DNA of 64,000 nt from Promethearchaeota archaeon (GCA_048941285.1 JBHLNS010000013.1:1-64000); one strand, 5' to 3'; shown: positions 1 through 10,647, numbered from the stretch's first letter. Program-made: numbers and translations. The notes: generated from the letters alone by a model not told the origin.

Positions 1-173
1 ACTACTTTGTTTCATAAAACAATATTAAATCGGAATATTTATAATTCTAGAAATTATTTGGAATTTATTAGGTTTCAAAATAAGATAAGAATATTAATAC
101 AGATCTGCTTAAAAAATTACTAAATTTGGATTTTTATGGTTAATCTTTAAACATTTTTAAAATAATGATATAA

Positions 174-1553
174 ATGACCCATTCACCCGAAAAAACTAAA
201 TTTTTGGAGAATTTCAATCGAGCAGTAGATGAGTTTATTGATCGTTCCTTTACACATGTTATTATCATTTCACATAACGATGCTGATGGAATAAGTTGCC
301 TTCATATTATCCAGAACTTATTATACAAAATCCACATAAATTCTGATTATTTTATATATAATAGGTCAATTTCTTGGGAAAATTATCTACAAGGAATTCT
401 CTCAAGTAGGCAAACCGAAAAAAATGCTTTCATTTTTACCGATGTAGGATCGAATTTAAAAGAATTAATACCAATAATAAAGAATAGAAAAGAATATTTT
501 TTTATTCTTGATCACCATGAGGTAGAAGATGATATACAATTTGATGAATTACCTGAAAACTTATTTTTCGTAAATCCAACCATTTATGGATATGACGGCC
601 TTGAACATATTGCAGGAGCAACCTTAACATACATGTTTGCAAAGCAAGTAAAATCATCAATCATAAAACAAGGATGGTTAACAGTAATTGGTATTGCAGG
701 AGATTCATTAAAACCTATGGATAAACTGCAATCATTTAATCGAGAGGTTTATGAGGAACTAATAGATGAAGAACTCATTCAAGATAAAGAAGGATTGATT
801 TTATTTGGGAGTATGCATGAATCTATAAAAAACGGTTTAAAGTACAGTATATTACCATTTATTAATCGCTTTGGAGCAGAGCCAGATCAGAAAATTCTTT
901 CGGTCTTAAACACACTGCAAATTGACCCAAGGACAAAAATAGTTGATTTAAGTGAATCTGAAATTGCTTTAATTCAAAATGAAACAAAAGTTACCAGTTT
1001 AGGACATTATGCATTATTGCCCCATAAATCAGGATTATTACAGTTTGCTTTCGAACACGCTCTTCTATTGAATATTTTATGTTTTAAGAATATTAGTGCG
1101 GCAATTTCTATAATTCAGTTAAAATCTATTACACGTTATGCTAAAAATATGTATTCTGAGTATATTGAGAATCTTTCTAGGAATTTAAGAACGCTTTCTA
1201 ATGAAATCCCTCATTTTGAGACAAAAAAGGCAATATTTATTGAAGTTAAGGGAAAAATACCCCCAAGTAACTGGTCAGATACAGCCAGTTTTAGTGCTGT
1301 AAATGAATTATTTGATCCAAATAAAGTCTTGTTTTTAGGCGGTCTTGAGAAAAAATCAGGCACAATTAAATTAAGTGTTCGATGCTCAAGAAAATACCTA
1401 GAAAAAAATAAGACAAAAGGGATTAATAAAATTATAACAAATATAAAAAAAGAACTTGGAGGTGTAGGTGGAGGCCATAAATTAGCTGGGGGTATTCGAT
1501 TGTCAAAACCTTCTTATAATCTTTTAAAGATCAAAATAGATGACTTAATTTAA
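174..1553 (+). CDS. DHH-family phosphoesterase, RecJ/Cdc45(GAN/HAN)-like, with C-terminal DHHA1 domain
   Basis: Motifs SHNDADG, FTDVG, LDHH, GIAGD and the DHHA1 GGGHKLAGG. Confidence 0.85.
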   Translation: MTHSPEKTKFLENFNRAVDEFIDRSFTHVIIISHNDADGISCLHIIQNLLYKIHINSDYFIYNRSISWENYLQGILSSRQTEKNAFIFTDVGSNLKELIPIIKNRKEYFFILDHHEVEDDIQFDELPENLFFVNPTIYGYDGLEHIAGATLTYMFAKQVKSSIIKQGWLTVIGIAGDSLKPMDKLQSFNREVYEELIDEELIQDKEGLILFGSMHESIKNGLKYSILPFINRFGAEPDQKILSVLNTLQIDPRTKIVDLSESEIALIQNETKVTSLGHYALLPHKSGLLQFAFEHALLLNILCFKNISAAISIIQLKSITRYAKNMYSEYIENLSRNLRTLSNEIPHFETKKAIFIEVKGKIPPSNWSDTASFSAVNELFDPNKVLFLGGLEKKSGTIKLSVRCSRKYLEKNKTKGINKIITNIKKELGGVGGGHKLAGGIRLSKPSYNLLKIKIDDLI

Positions 1554-1571
1554 TATCATATTTATCATATT

Positions 1572-1868
1572 ATGACCTTTATAGAAAAAAATTCTGAAAC
1601 TATTTATTTCATAAAACTGAATGTGAAAACAAATTCTAAGAACCAAAAAGTTGTTATTAATGGTGATTTCTTAACAGTTTTTCTAAGATCAAAACCAATA
1701 CAAAATAAAGCAAATAAAGAATTAATAAATTTAATAAAAAGGAAACTTACTATTCCATCCAATCAAATCCAAATCATTTCTGGGACAAAAGAGCATGATA
1801 AAGTAATAAAGCTTAACTTTTTAGAAAATACCAGCGAGAGGGAAATTATAAGGAAGCTAAGTGCTTGA
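1572..1868 (+). CDS. DUF167 / UPF0235 (YggU-like) protein
   Basis: 98 aa; pattern VKTNSK...PIQNKANKELI...IISG..EHDK typical of the family. Confidence 0.8.
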   Translation: MTFIEKNSETIYFIKLNVKTNSKNQKVVINGDFLTVFLRSKPIQNKANKELINLIKRKLTIPSNQIQIISGTKEHDKVIKLNFLENTSEREIIRKLSA

Positions 1869-1869
1869 T

Positions 1870-2220
1870 TTAGCTCCCAATTTTCTTCATCTTTCCACAT
1901 TTTAAGCATGTTATAAAATGAGTCATCCCTTCATCAGCTCTACGCGTCTGTCTTGTTTCTAAATGCGCTTTATTATATCCGCATCGAGAACATTTGAAAT
2001 TTTTTATTGTACTCCTCAAATTTTCTTCCTTCCATTCCATAACATCAGCTAAATTCGTGACTTCATCTCTTATGGAATGTTCTATTTTAGTGGTAAGTTT
2101 ATATGATTCAGATTTTTCTTCTATAAATGGTTTGACTGCTCCGCACTTGCATTTAAAAACTTTTTTTCCATCTAAATTTGAAGGTAACATCATTCCTCCA
2201 CATTCATCACAGAATTCCAT
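1870..2220 (-). CDS. tfs: Transcription factor S (TFS / RpoM-like)
   Basis: Two zinc ribbons (CDECG, CSRCG...CLKCG) and the QTRRADEG acidic hairpin. Confidence 0.92.
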   Translation of the reverse strand: MEFCDECGGMMLPSNLDGKKVFKCKCGAVKPFIEEKSESYKLTTKIEHSIRDEVTNLADVMEWKEENLRSTIKNFKCSRCGYNKAHLETRQTRRADEGMTHFITCLKCGKMKKIGS

Positions 2221-2303
2221 AAATTCTAAAACCCTGATTGTTGAAATAAAATTGACTTCCTTAAAAATAATAAATTAATTCTACCAAATATTTTTTTTCA
2301 AAT

Positions 2304-3296
2304 TCAAAATCTTAACCCAAATATTAAAGCACAGAAAATTACCCCAGAAATAAGATCGGCTGTGGTACCGGGATTTAATTTCCCTTTTTTTGCTTGTAGT
2401 TCATTATCTAATTCTATGGTTAATTCTAGACCTTTTTTAGTTGATATACCACCATAGTTTAAAATTTCAGATGCTTTTTTTTTGATATAAATTGCCAAAT
2501 CGAGCCCAGATTTTCTAATTACTAATGTGTCTGGATTTAAAGATAAAAGTTTAAGAAAAGTATTGACCGTTGCTATATTTATATCATTAAATTGATTAAA
2601 AATTTTAATGAAATATGGTAATCCATTATCCAAAATTATCTTAAATCCTGTAGAATATTCTAAACTTATCAGATCATATTCTTTTGAAAGTTCAAATATT
2701 TTTTTTAGATTTATTTTATCCCTTTTTAATTCTTTGAAAGAATTTTCATCTTTAATGTCATATTTTTTAATATGTCCTAAACCCCCTGGATTACATAATC
2801 TAATTGCTTGATATAGATTTATAGTATCATCAACAGTAGTGTTATCAATCACTTTGTTTAGGAACTTTTTTAAATTATCAAGATCAGTTTGTTGTTTTTT
2901 CATACAAATTATAGCTGCTATGGCGAGAGGTGCTAATATTAATATATGTCCTAATAAAACATTCCCTCCTTCTTGCCATCTTATCATTTGTTCAGCGGAA
3001 ACCTTAAAAAAATCTCCTAATTCAATTGTTTTGTAATCACCAAGATTTCCAAAAGATTTTAGGAAATTTTTTTCACAAAAAACTCTAAAATTTGGCTGAA
3101 TGGCAACAATTCCTGCCATGAAATGCTCAAATTTAGTTTTGTCATAATTCTGTGTTCTATGAATATTTCCTGGTTTTGGCCAACCTGCAACTTCTAAAAG
3201 ACTAGCTAAACTTACACATCTTAATAAATCATCTAAAGATTTAACAGAAATATTGAAATTAGTTTCTTCTAAAGGCACATCTAAATATATATTCAA
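2304..3296 (-). CDS. citG: CitG-family triphosphoribosyl-dephospho-CoA synthase-like protein (archaeal type)
   Basis: LLEV..PKPGNIH, GGN..LG, DTLVIRKSG, LNPGTTADL motifs. Confidence 0.85.
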   Translation of the reverse strand: MNIYLDVPLEETNFNISVKSLDDLLRCVSLASLLEVAGWPKPGNIHRTQNYDKTKFEHFMAGIVAIQPNFRVFCEKNFLKSFGNLGDYKTIELGDFFKVSAEQMIRWQEGGNVLLGHILILAPLAIAAIICMKKQQTDLDNLKKFLNKVIDNTTVDDTINLYQAIRLCNPGGLGHIKKYDIKDENSFKELKRDKINLKKIFELSKEYDLISLEYSTGFKIILDNGLPYFIKIFNQFNDINIATVNTFLKLLSLNPDTLVIRKSGLDLAIYIKKKASEILNYGGISTKKGLELTIELDNELQAKKGKLNPGTTADLISGVIFCALIFGLRF

Positions 3297-3328
3297 AATT
3301 ATATAATTATATTGTAAGAAGTAAAGAT

Positions 3329-3634
3329 TTAATAATAGCTTAATTCAACAATTTTCTTTTCTTTCACAATGTATCCTTCACTTTCAGGCGTTTTATATGA
3401 AATTGGCCTGAAATCATTATGTAATCCGTTTTTATAGAGAAATTTTTTAATCCTGAGTTTTAAGACTCTTTTAGATAATTTATTTGGCATTTCTACGTTA
3501 ATATCGTTGCCATTTCGATTAAGAGTTGTCTGGGGTAAAGCTTCGGATAAGAATCTAATCAAATCAAGAACATGTTGCTCACTTTTAAAGCTTAACTCTT
3601 TAATGTTGATCGTGAAAGATTTTATTTCACTCAT
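3329..3634 (-). CDS. rpl22e: Ribosomal protein eL22 (L22e), a eukaryotic signature protein of Asgard archaea
   Basis: LSKRVLKLRIKKFLYKNGLHNDFRPIS resembles the eL22 core [27 protein letters not shown]; N-terminal FTIN; 101 aa. Confidence 0.75.
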   Translation of the reverse strand: MSEIKSFTINIKELSFKSEQHVLDLIRFLSEALPQTTLNRNGNDINVEMPNKLSKRVLKLRIKKFLYKNGLHNDFRPISYKTPESEGYIVKEKKIVELSYY

Positions 3635-3737
3635 AGTTTTATCACTCTGTTATATAATTAAAAATATTATTAATTTTTTATGGAAATCTTCATCAATTAT
3701 AAAATTAAAAATAGAGAAATATAATTTTCTTATATGT

Positions 3738-5249
3738 CTAACCTACAGCATGATAATGGAGCATAGAATGGTGATAATAACGTGGCGCTATGATATACGC
3801 CAAGGGTCTTCTCCTTATATAGCTTTCTAAATCTTTTTCGAAAAACGAGTAGATGCTAAGATGTATAGTAGGAATTATTAAATATTTCCATTTATCTAAT
3901 TCCTCTTTAGAAATATTATTTTCTATCATTAATACATTGGGATTTGTACACATTAAAATAGCATATTCCATTAATTCGGGTATGAACTTTGCACTTTGGG
4001 CTTTCAATATGTTTGATTGCGCTCGCAACAACACTCTCCACGTTTCTTCAGGGTCCCAAGGGAATAATGAGGAAAGTGCTGAAAAGAACTTTGTACCCTC
4101 GGTTATATCTTCAACAATTTCATAAAAATAATTATAAGAATCTAAATTGGTAGAAAACGCTAGAATTAACAACACAAACATCATCTCTTCATCAATATCT
4201 TGCTTTAAGTGCTGATAAAGAATTGTATTTTTTCCAATCATTGGTAAATCTCTTTGAAAATCTATGAAAATCTGAAGATTATTATAATATTGCATTATTT
4301 CATCCTTACTTGCTTTATTTTTAGAGCCCCATACTGTAAATAATTTACCTAATAGCGATATACCTGTTCTGATCTTATAAGTCGAGATATTGGCGTTATT
4401 AAGGACTTCATGAAGAAATTTTTCATGTTCTTTTTCAGGATACTTATAACTGAGCTCATGCTCGGTATTCTTTGCATCATGATTATTCCTTGGAATAATG
4501 ATCTCTGGATGATTCATGAGATAAAACGATAATTTCATCATTCTCTTTTGTGCGTCATTATAATTAAATTCTTTTAGAGTGACAATATTCATAATCTTAA
4601 TCAGATTTAGCATATCTGTATTAAGTAGGTATAAAGCCCATACTGGAGAGAAATCACTGGTTTTCATAATAATTCCAATGTTGTTGATAAGCATAGTGAA
4701 TGTATCATCTAAATTATTTAATACATTTATCAACTCTTTTAATTCTCGATTATAGAATCTCCTCCTCGCTTTTATTTCATCAATTATTGTTTCACCTATA
4801 GGAGTAAGAAAAACTCTAACACCATTGACTTTTATCGCTCTTTCATAAGATTCGATTTCAGTATTAAGGTTTAATAAATCCCTTTTTAGTTTTTTTAGAT
4901 CAAATTCTTTATTTTCAATAAGTTGATGTATATCAGATATTTCCTTTTTTATTCTTGCACCTTTCCCAATTTTAAAATAGGCAAAAAATCGAAGTATTGT
5001 TGATACATGATTATAATCTCCCTCTAATGATACTAAATTTTGATATGCTTGCCTTATATCATTAGAGATCCTGACATATTTCCTTTTTAGACTTTTTAAG
5101 TCATTTTCTCTTAAATTACTGGGGATTTTGGATTTGAATTCTGAAATCAAATGATTTTCGTTTAGTTCAGATATTTCTTCATAGGATGTTAATATATCTT
5201 TTTTATCTTTTATAGAACTTAATATCTCTAAAGCTCTCTCGCATCTCAT
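3738..5249 (-). CDS. Hypothetical helical/coiled-coil protein, third gene of a coupled operon
   Basis: 503-aa ORF; 4-bp ATGA overlap with the upstream gene. Confidence 0.7.
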   Translation of the reverse strand: MRCERALEILSSIKDKKDILTSYEEISELNENHLISEFKSKIPSNLRENDLKSLKRKYVRISNDIRQAYQNLVSLEGDYNHVSTILRFFAYFKIGKGARIKKEISDIHQLIENKEFDLKKLKRDLLNLNTEIESYERAIKVNGVRVFLTPIGETIIDEIKARRRFYNRELKELINVLNNLDDTFTMLINNIGIIMKTSDFSPVWALYLLNTDMLNLIKIMNIVTLKEFNYNDAQKRMMKLSFYLMNHPEIIIPRNNHDAKNTEHELSYKYPEKEHEKFLHEVLNNANISTYKIRTGISLLGKLFTVWGSKNKASKDEIMQYYNNLQIFIDFQRDLPMIGKNTILYQHLKQDIDEEMMFVLLILAFSTNLDSYNYFYEIVEDITEGTKFFSALSSLFPWDPEETWRVLLRAQSNILKAQSAKFIPELMEYAILMCTNPNVLMIENNISKEELDKWKYLIIPTIHLSIYSFFEKDLESYIRRRPLAYIIAPRYYHHSMLHYHAVG

Positions 5250-6448
5250 AATTGATCAACCTTTTCTAATATTGGTATTTCAACCGAGGGTAAATCCTTA
5301 CCCTCTACTATAATTGTTAAATTTCCATTTTTATTTTCTAAAGATGTAAAAAAATCTTTACTTAAAGCTTCATACATAACTAGTGATAACTCCTCTCGTT
5401 GTTTTGGCCAAGAAACTTGACGTTCCTCTAATAAATGTCGATAAGAATCGATCTTAGTTAATGCATAGAGGAATTCATAGACTAATTTCTCCCATTCTTT
5501 TCTTTGTGTCTTCTCATATTCTTCCATAGACACTTTTTTCCATATAAATCCTTCAATATCTGCAAAATGAATTGTCCCATTCGGTGCTACTACACAATCT
5601 TTATCTAACCAAACATCTTGATAATAAATACCTTTAATTTCGTTTCCTTCAATTGAAGCTGATCGTGAATATAGTGTTAAAAGCGCAATTCCACTTCTTA
5701 TGAAATTCAATTCAAACTGTTCTGCTCTTTCTATTGTATCGATCTCAAATAACTGAAAAATTGAATCTGGATTAGCAATTACATTAGATGATTCAAAATA
5801 TAAACGTACATTTGATGGAAGTAGGCGTAAAACTTGATAGAAATGATCTTTATACGATCTAAACCAATAGAAATTTCTAGCTACCTTTTCAATTTCTTTT
5901 GGTAACTTAATCACTGCCACTGTGGGGCAGATATAAGCCCCGTTAATAAAATCTAATTTTGCGATTCTGGAAAATTTTAATTCATCGAAACCATTTATAT
6001 AGCCTTGAGCGCCGTAGGGACTTTCCCCCATCCAAGGTTCCCCCATTATGAACCCTAACCCAGTAGATATTGTTTTGATTTTATTTAAATACTTTGAGTC
6101 TCGACATGCATTTTTTAATTTATCGGGGGTCAATTTTCCTCCAAAATACATATCCTCATAAGCACCGCACCCTTTTACAGATAAGTAAAATACTTTGTCT
6201 CCGATTTCTATATAATTTTCTGGAATTATAGCGTTTCTATTTTCATCTCTAATCGCCGGTTGTGGTTTATGATTAAATCCATGAAACTCCGCAGTAGCTG
6301 AACCCAAATAGCTAGAATACCATTCTTCATGCAATTGAAATTGTTCGTTAAATTCAATAGCCTCAGGTTCAACTTTAAATAAATTAAAGTTAATAGAATT
6401 TATTAAATTTTGATGGTAAAATGTGTTTTTAAATAGATTTATATTCAA
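5246..6448 (-). CDS. Hypothetical protein with SelO/YdiU-like (kinase-fold, AMPylase-like) motifs
   Basis: YLSVKGCG resembles LQLKGxG, RLLPSNVRLYFE resembles RVAPSHIRFGxFE, and C-terminal DKDC...FADIEG resembles the NxDN...IDYG region. Confidence 0.5.
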   Translation of the reverse strand: MNINLFKNTFYHQNLINSINFNLFKVEPEAIEFNEQFQLHEEWYSSYLGSATAEFHGFNHKPQPAIRDENRNAIIPENYIEIGDKVFYLSVKGCGAYEDMYFGGKLTPDKLKNACRDSKYLNKIKTISTGLGFIMGEPWMGESPYGAQGYINGFDELKFSRIAKLDFINGAYICPTVAVIKLPKEIEKVARNFYWFRSYKDHFYQVLRLLPSNVRLYFESSNVIANPDSIFQLFEIDTIERAEQFELNFIRSGIALLTLYSRSASIEGNEIKGIYYQDVWLDKDCVVAPNGTIHFADIEGFIWKKVSMEEYEKTQRKEWEKLVYEFLYALTKIDSYRHLLEERQVSWPKQREELSLVMYEALSKDFFTSLENKNGNLTIIVEGKDLPSVEIPILEKVDQL

Positions 6449-8130
6449 TAGCGCCTCACCTTAACTTTAGGCATCTTTTTACCTAAGAGGTATATATTAC
6501 CTATTATTTGAGCATTATAATCATCATATATGTTTTTAGCAGGACTATTCCATTCAGCAATTTCTGTTATCACTCTTCTACAACCCATTTCCTTTAGAGC
6601 TGAAAGTCGAGCTAATACAAGCCCTCTCCCAATTCCATGATTTCTGAAAGCAGGATGGACATAAAGTCCATATAACCATCCAATTTCCTCTCCTGGAGTT
6701 GCAAAACCTACGCCTAATATTATTTCATTGGCTATAAATTCTGGTTTAGGATAATTACTTTGAATTAAATTTGACATTATAAATTTAAGCCAAGTTTCTG
6801 TTCTTAAAGCAATAGCACCAAACGCAATATCATCCTCGTGTGATTTAATTACCCATTTAGCATACTTTTTGCTTTTTTTACCGCTATCCTCATTAGCGAT
6901 CATTTTCATAATCGAATCTAAATGTTTTTCCTCAACGGGTTTTATATGAGCAGTATCAAAACTTAAATCTCTCTGCTGCAGATCTTTAATTTCAAAGATA
7001 TTATATTTCTCGATTGTACGAAAACCACTTAATCCTCTTCCAGTTTCAGTGAAGACATATTTAACTTTTGTGTATTTTATCATATCTCCTACATGATTTC
7101 CATAGAATGTCCCAGTTTTCCCGTTTGGTTCAATAAATCCTATACCTTCTACAATTCCATTTCTATGTGCACAAACAATTCTTTTTTTATGAGATCGCGC
7201 TCTAACTAAATAAGAAGATATCATTTCTGAATATGCAGATTGTATTTCAAATTTTTCAAATTGAGGAAGATTTCTTTCAATGATAATTTCCGTATATCCT
7301 TTTGGAATTATTCTCGATTTCCAACGGAGGTTTTCATATATAACATAAAATAAGATAATAAAAAACAGTATTGGAGACCAGTAGGATAAAAAGTAAATAC
7401 CAAAATTGAAGGGTCTTAGATAGCTAGAGGAAGTAATGAAAACATAGGAGTTTATTTTAAATTTCGACCAATACCCCGTGTCCCTATCATAACCATCATC
7501 TACTTCTGTATAAATTTCTCCGATTAGATAACCATCATTCGTAAAGAAATTATTCACCTTATATGTAGCATTAAATTCACCATAAACATCATCTCTAAAA
7601 TATATTCCCTCGCTATGGAGTTTTTTCCCACTAAAAGGCATCAAATGTCCAACCCAAATAAGATGTTCTCCATTTAAAACATTATATGTAGTATCAAGAA
7701 TGTCATATTGAAAAGCTTTAATTCCTCCTGGAATATGAAACCAAACATTCATATCAGTAGTATTAAGGACATCTTGGTCAGTTCTCCATATGTATGTTCC
7801 ATTATCTAGCGAATAGGAAAAAATATAGATATCTACATCACTTGTTGTAGTTCCATAGTAGTTTTCAGAAAAACTCCATGAAACGCGCCCTGTTACATTA
7901 GCAAAATTGACGTTAAAGTCAACAACATAATGACCTCGGGCTTCAAGAGTTTCCTTATATCCATCATACCATCCTCCTGTTCCTATTAATTCCCAATTGT
8001 AGATATATTCAAATTCTAAGTCATGATTTGTAAATTTAATTCCTAGATACGGAATCCCGAATAATTGAACAATGAAGGTTGTTATCACAAGAATGATTAT
8101 TAATATTGTTCTCTTTCTTATAATTTTAAT
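6445..8130 (-). CDS. Membrane-anchored protein: signal anchor, extracellular beta-rich domain, TM helix and C-terminal GNAT acetyltransferase domain
   Basis: GNAT motif A LYVHPAFRNHGIG and NSPAKNIY; TM segment FLSYWSPILFFIILFYVIY. The frame is open upstream of the called GTG (8088) to an ATT at 8130 preceded by AGGAG, which adds KIIRKRTILIIIL. Confidence 0.75.
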   Translation of the reverse strand: MKIIRKRTILIIILVITTFIVQLFGIPYLGIKFTNHDLEFEYIYNWELIGTGGWYDGYKETLEARGHYVVDFNVNFANVTGRVSWSFSENYYGTTTSDVDIYIFSYSLDNGTYIWRTDQDVLNTTDMNVWFHIPGGIKAFQYDILDTTYNVLNGEHLIWVGHLMPFSGKKLHSEGIYFRDDVYGEFNATYKVNNFFTNDGYLIGEIYTEVDDGYDRDTGYWSKFKINSYVFITSSSYLRPFNFGIYFLSYWSPILFFIILFYVIYENLRWKSRIIPKGYTEIIIERNLPQFEKFEIQSAYSEMISSYLVRARSHKKRIVCAHRNGIVEGIGFIEPNGKTGTFYGNHVGDMIKYTKVKYVFTETGRGLSGFRTIEKYNIFEIKDLQQRDLSFDTAHIKPVEEKHLDSIMKMIANEDSGKKSKKYAKWVIKSHEDDIAFGAIALRTETWLKFIMSNLIQSNYPKPEFIANEIILGVGFATPGEEIGWLYGLYVHPAFRNHGIGRGLVLARLSALKEMGCRRVITEIAEWNSPAKNIYDDYNAQIIGNIYLLGKKMPKVKVRRY

Positions 8131-8441
8131 ACAGCTCCTAATGAGATTAGATTACATTTTGTAATATAATTAATACATATCTTAATTTAAAGAGTATTAA
8201 TATTGAATCTCTTATAGACTTAATAGCAAATTTAACTCTTTAAATGTTTACATGGGACAAGGAGATTTTTATTTATACATTTAAGTAAACTAATATCCAA
8301 ATTAATGAATTTATCATAAAAAATAGAAGAAAACTGGTTAAAATTTTTGTCAAAATTATAAAAATTCATGTATTAAAAAGTATTAAATCGATTTAATGCT
8401 TAACAAATACAAGGTGGTATAAACTGGTAGATTATGTAAAT

Positions 8442-9704
8442 TTGGACTACAATCCAAGTGATAAAGATTTAATTGCAATGTATTATGTGGAGATTTCACC
8501 AGAATGTAGGAATTTACTTCATGCTTCTGAAGAAATCGCAAAAGAAAGTTCGATTGGCACATGGACTGAAATTTCAACATTGTCACCTGAAATAGCAAAA
8601 AGACTTAAACCCTCAGTATTTTATGCGGACCCTAAAAAAAATATAATTAAGATCGCCTATACGAAAGAACTCTTTGAAGCAAATAATTTATCTCAAATTT
8701 TAAGTGCTATTGCTGGTAATATCTATGGTATGAAAGTTTTAAAGAATTTAAGATTATTAGATATAACTTTTCCAAAAGATATTGTTAATGCATATAAAGG
8801 TCCTAAATTTGGAATTGAAGGTATTAGTAAATTAACAAATGTAACAGATAGACCTCTGCTTGGTACTATTGTAAAACCAAAAGTTGGCTTGACTGAAGTT
8901 GAGCATTCGAAGGTGTGCGGAAAAGCCTGGAGTGGAGGATTAGATATAGTTAAAGATGATGAAAATTTAACAAATATGACCTTTAATAAGTTTGAGAAAA
9001 GGATAATAGAAACTTTAAAGATTCGGGATAAAATTGAAAGGGAAACTGGAGAAAAAAAGATTTATATGCCGAACATAACAGCACCTCTCAGTATTATGAA
9101 AAAGAGAGCTGATTTTGTACTAAAAAATGGTGGAGAATATATTATGGTAGATATCGTGACAATTGGATTCTCTGCCTTACAGGAAATTAGAGATTATCTT
9201 GAAGATAAAGATATTGTAATTCACGCACACAGAGCAATGCATGCTGCTTTTACAAGAAATAAAAAACATGGTATGACAATGTTAGTATTAGCCAAATTAA
9301 TGAGACTTCTTGGTATGGATCAACTTCATACTGGGACTATTGTGGGTAAAATGGAGGGAGAAAAGGATGAAGTTTTAGAAATTAATAGAGTTATTACCCA
9401 AAAAGTAATTACTGGGAATAATAAAACTCTATTATATCAAGATTGGGGTAATATTAAACCAATTCTACCTGTTGCTTCAGGAGGTTTAAGTCCATTGCAT
9501 ATTCCTGAATTGTTTAAAATCTTAGGTAAAGATATGGTTTATCAATTTGGAGGAGGATGCCATGGACACCCTATGGGAACTGAAGCAGGAGCAAGAGCAA
9601 TAAGACAAGCTCTTGATGCTGCTATAGATAACTTTGAATTAAAAGATTATGCAAAGAATAACATGGAATTAGCAATAGCTATTGAAAAATGGGGAAAGGA
9701 ATAA
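8442..9704 (+). CDS. rbcL: RuBisCO large subunit, archaeal form III
   Basis: ESSIGTW, GTIVKPKVGL, DIVKDDE, HAHRAMH, HTGTIVGKMEG, PVASGG, FGGGCHGHP. Confidence 0.95.
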   Translation: MDYNPSDKDLIAMYYVEISPECRNLLHASEEIAKESSIGTWTEISTLSPEIAKRLKPSVFYADPKKNIIKIAYTKELFEANNLSQILSAIAGNIYGMKVLKNLRLLDITFPKDIVNAYKGPKFGIEGISKLTNVTDRPLLGTIVKPKVGLTEVEHSKVCGKAWSGGLDIVKDDENLTNMTFNKFEKRIIETLKIRDKIERETGEKKIYMPNITAPLSIMKKRADFVLKNGGEYIMVDIVTIGFSALQEIRDYLEDKDIVIHAHRAMHAAFTRNKKHGMTMLVLAKLMRLLGMDQLHTGTIVGKMEGEKDEVLEINRVITQKVITGNNKTLLYQDWGNIKPILPVASGGLSPLHIPELFKILGKDMVYQFGGGCHGHPMGTEAGARAIRQALDAAIDNFELKDYAKNNMELAIAIEKWGKE

Positions 9705-9714
9705 TTAAGAGTAG

Positions 9715-10647
9715 TCATACCATTTCTGGATAAAACTTCTCAAAGTAATTTGACACGTGGCTTGATGCAAAAATACCTGCTTCGGTAATTAAGCCATCTA
9801 TATACCTTCTACTTACGGTTTCGAATGCCGGATTTAAAATTTCAATTCCGTTAGGTGGATCTTTCCATATCTCTTGAGGATCTCTCATCTCAATAACTTC
9901 CAATATTCCAAGGTTAGTTTCTGGATTATACTTTAATAGAGGAGATGCAACATAGAAAGGAACATGTTCTTCATGAGCTACCAATGCTAGTAATCTTGAT
10001 CCAATCTTATTAATTATAGTGCCCTCAGATGTTATGCTATCCGCTCCAATTAATATTAAATCTACTTGATAATGCCTTACAGCCCACCTCATAGCACTAT
10101 CAATGACGTGAATAACCTCAATACCCGCTTTTAATAATTCATTTGCTGTCTTTCTACCTTGTAATCTAGGTTGTGTTTCTGTATTAATTACTTTGAAGAC
10201 TTTACCTTGTCTTTTAGCCTCTAAGAGAATACTTGTAACTAGACTCGAATGACAATGTGTCATCACCCGAAATTTTTGCCCCTTAGATGGAAAACGTCGC
10301 GCACCTATCTCCGCAATTCTTTGTTTCGATGTTTGAAGCATATCATGATATAAATTCTTGTATTTTTCAATAATATCAGAAATATATTCAGTTATTATTG
10401 TATCTTTTTCTTTTTCTAATTTATTCATAATAAATTTTAAACCATTTTTCATTGCAGGTTCAGTTGGTCTTGTATCTATTAAGATATCCATCGCTTCGTA
10501 AAGTTTCTCAAAACAAGTGTTAACATTTTCACATTTTAGTCTTTTGGCATAATTGCTTAAAAAACTGATAGCACTTATAGCTATATTACTTGCACCTTGT
10601 ATCTCTAATGATTTTATGCTTTGAGCATCTTTTAATAATTCTTTCAT
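9715..10647 (-). CDS. Ribose-1,5-bisphosphate isomerase (eIF2B-like family)
   Basis: EIQGA, TRPTEP, MTHCHSS, GADSI, NKIGS, NPAFE; adjacent to form III RuBisCO. Confidence 0.85.
   Translation of the reverse strand: MKELLKDAQSIKSLEIQGASNIAISAISFLSNYAKRLKCENVNTCFEKLYEAMDILIDTRPTEPAMKNGLKFIMNKLEKEKDTIITEYISDIIEKYKNLYHDMLQTSKQRIAEIGARRFPSKGQKFRVMTHCHSSLVTSILLEAKRQGKVFKVINTETQPRLQGRKTANELLKAGIEVIHVIDSAMRWAVRHYQVDLILIGADSITSEGTIINKIGSRLLALVAHEEHVPFYVASPLLKYNPETNLGILEVIEMRDPQEIWKDPPNGIEILNPAFETVSRRYIDGLITEAGIFASSHVSNYFEKFYPEMV

Noticed and set aside
8186-8244. Inverted repeat TTTAAAGAGT / ACTCTTTAAA between divergent genes
   Set aside because: Ten AT-rich bases with a 39-bp spacer; could be chance or divergent TATA boxes, so the evidence is insufficient.
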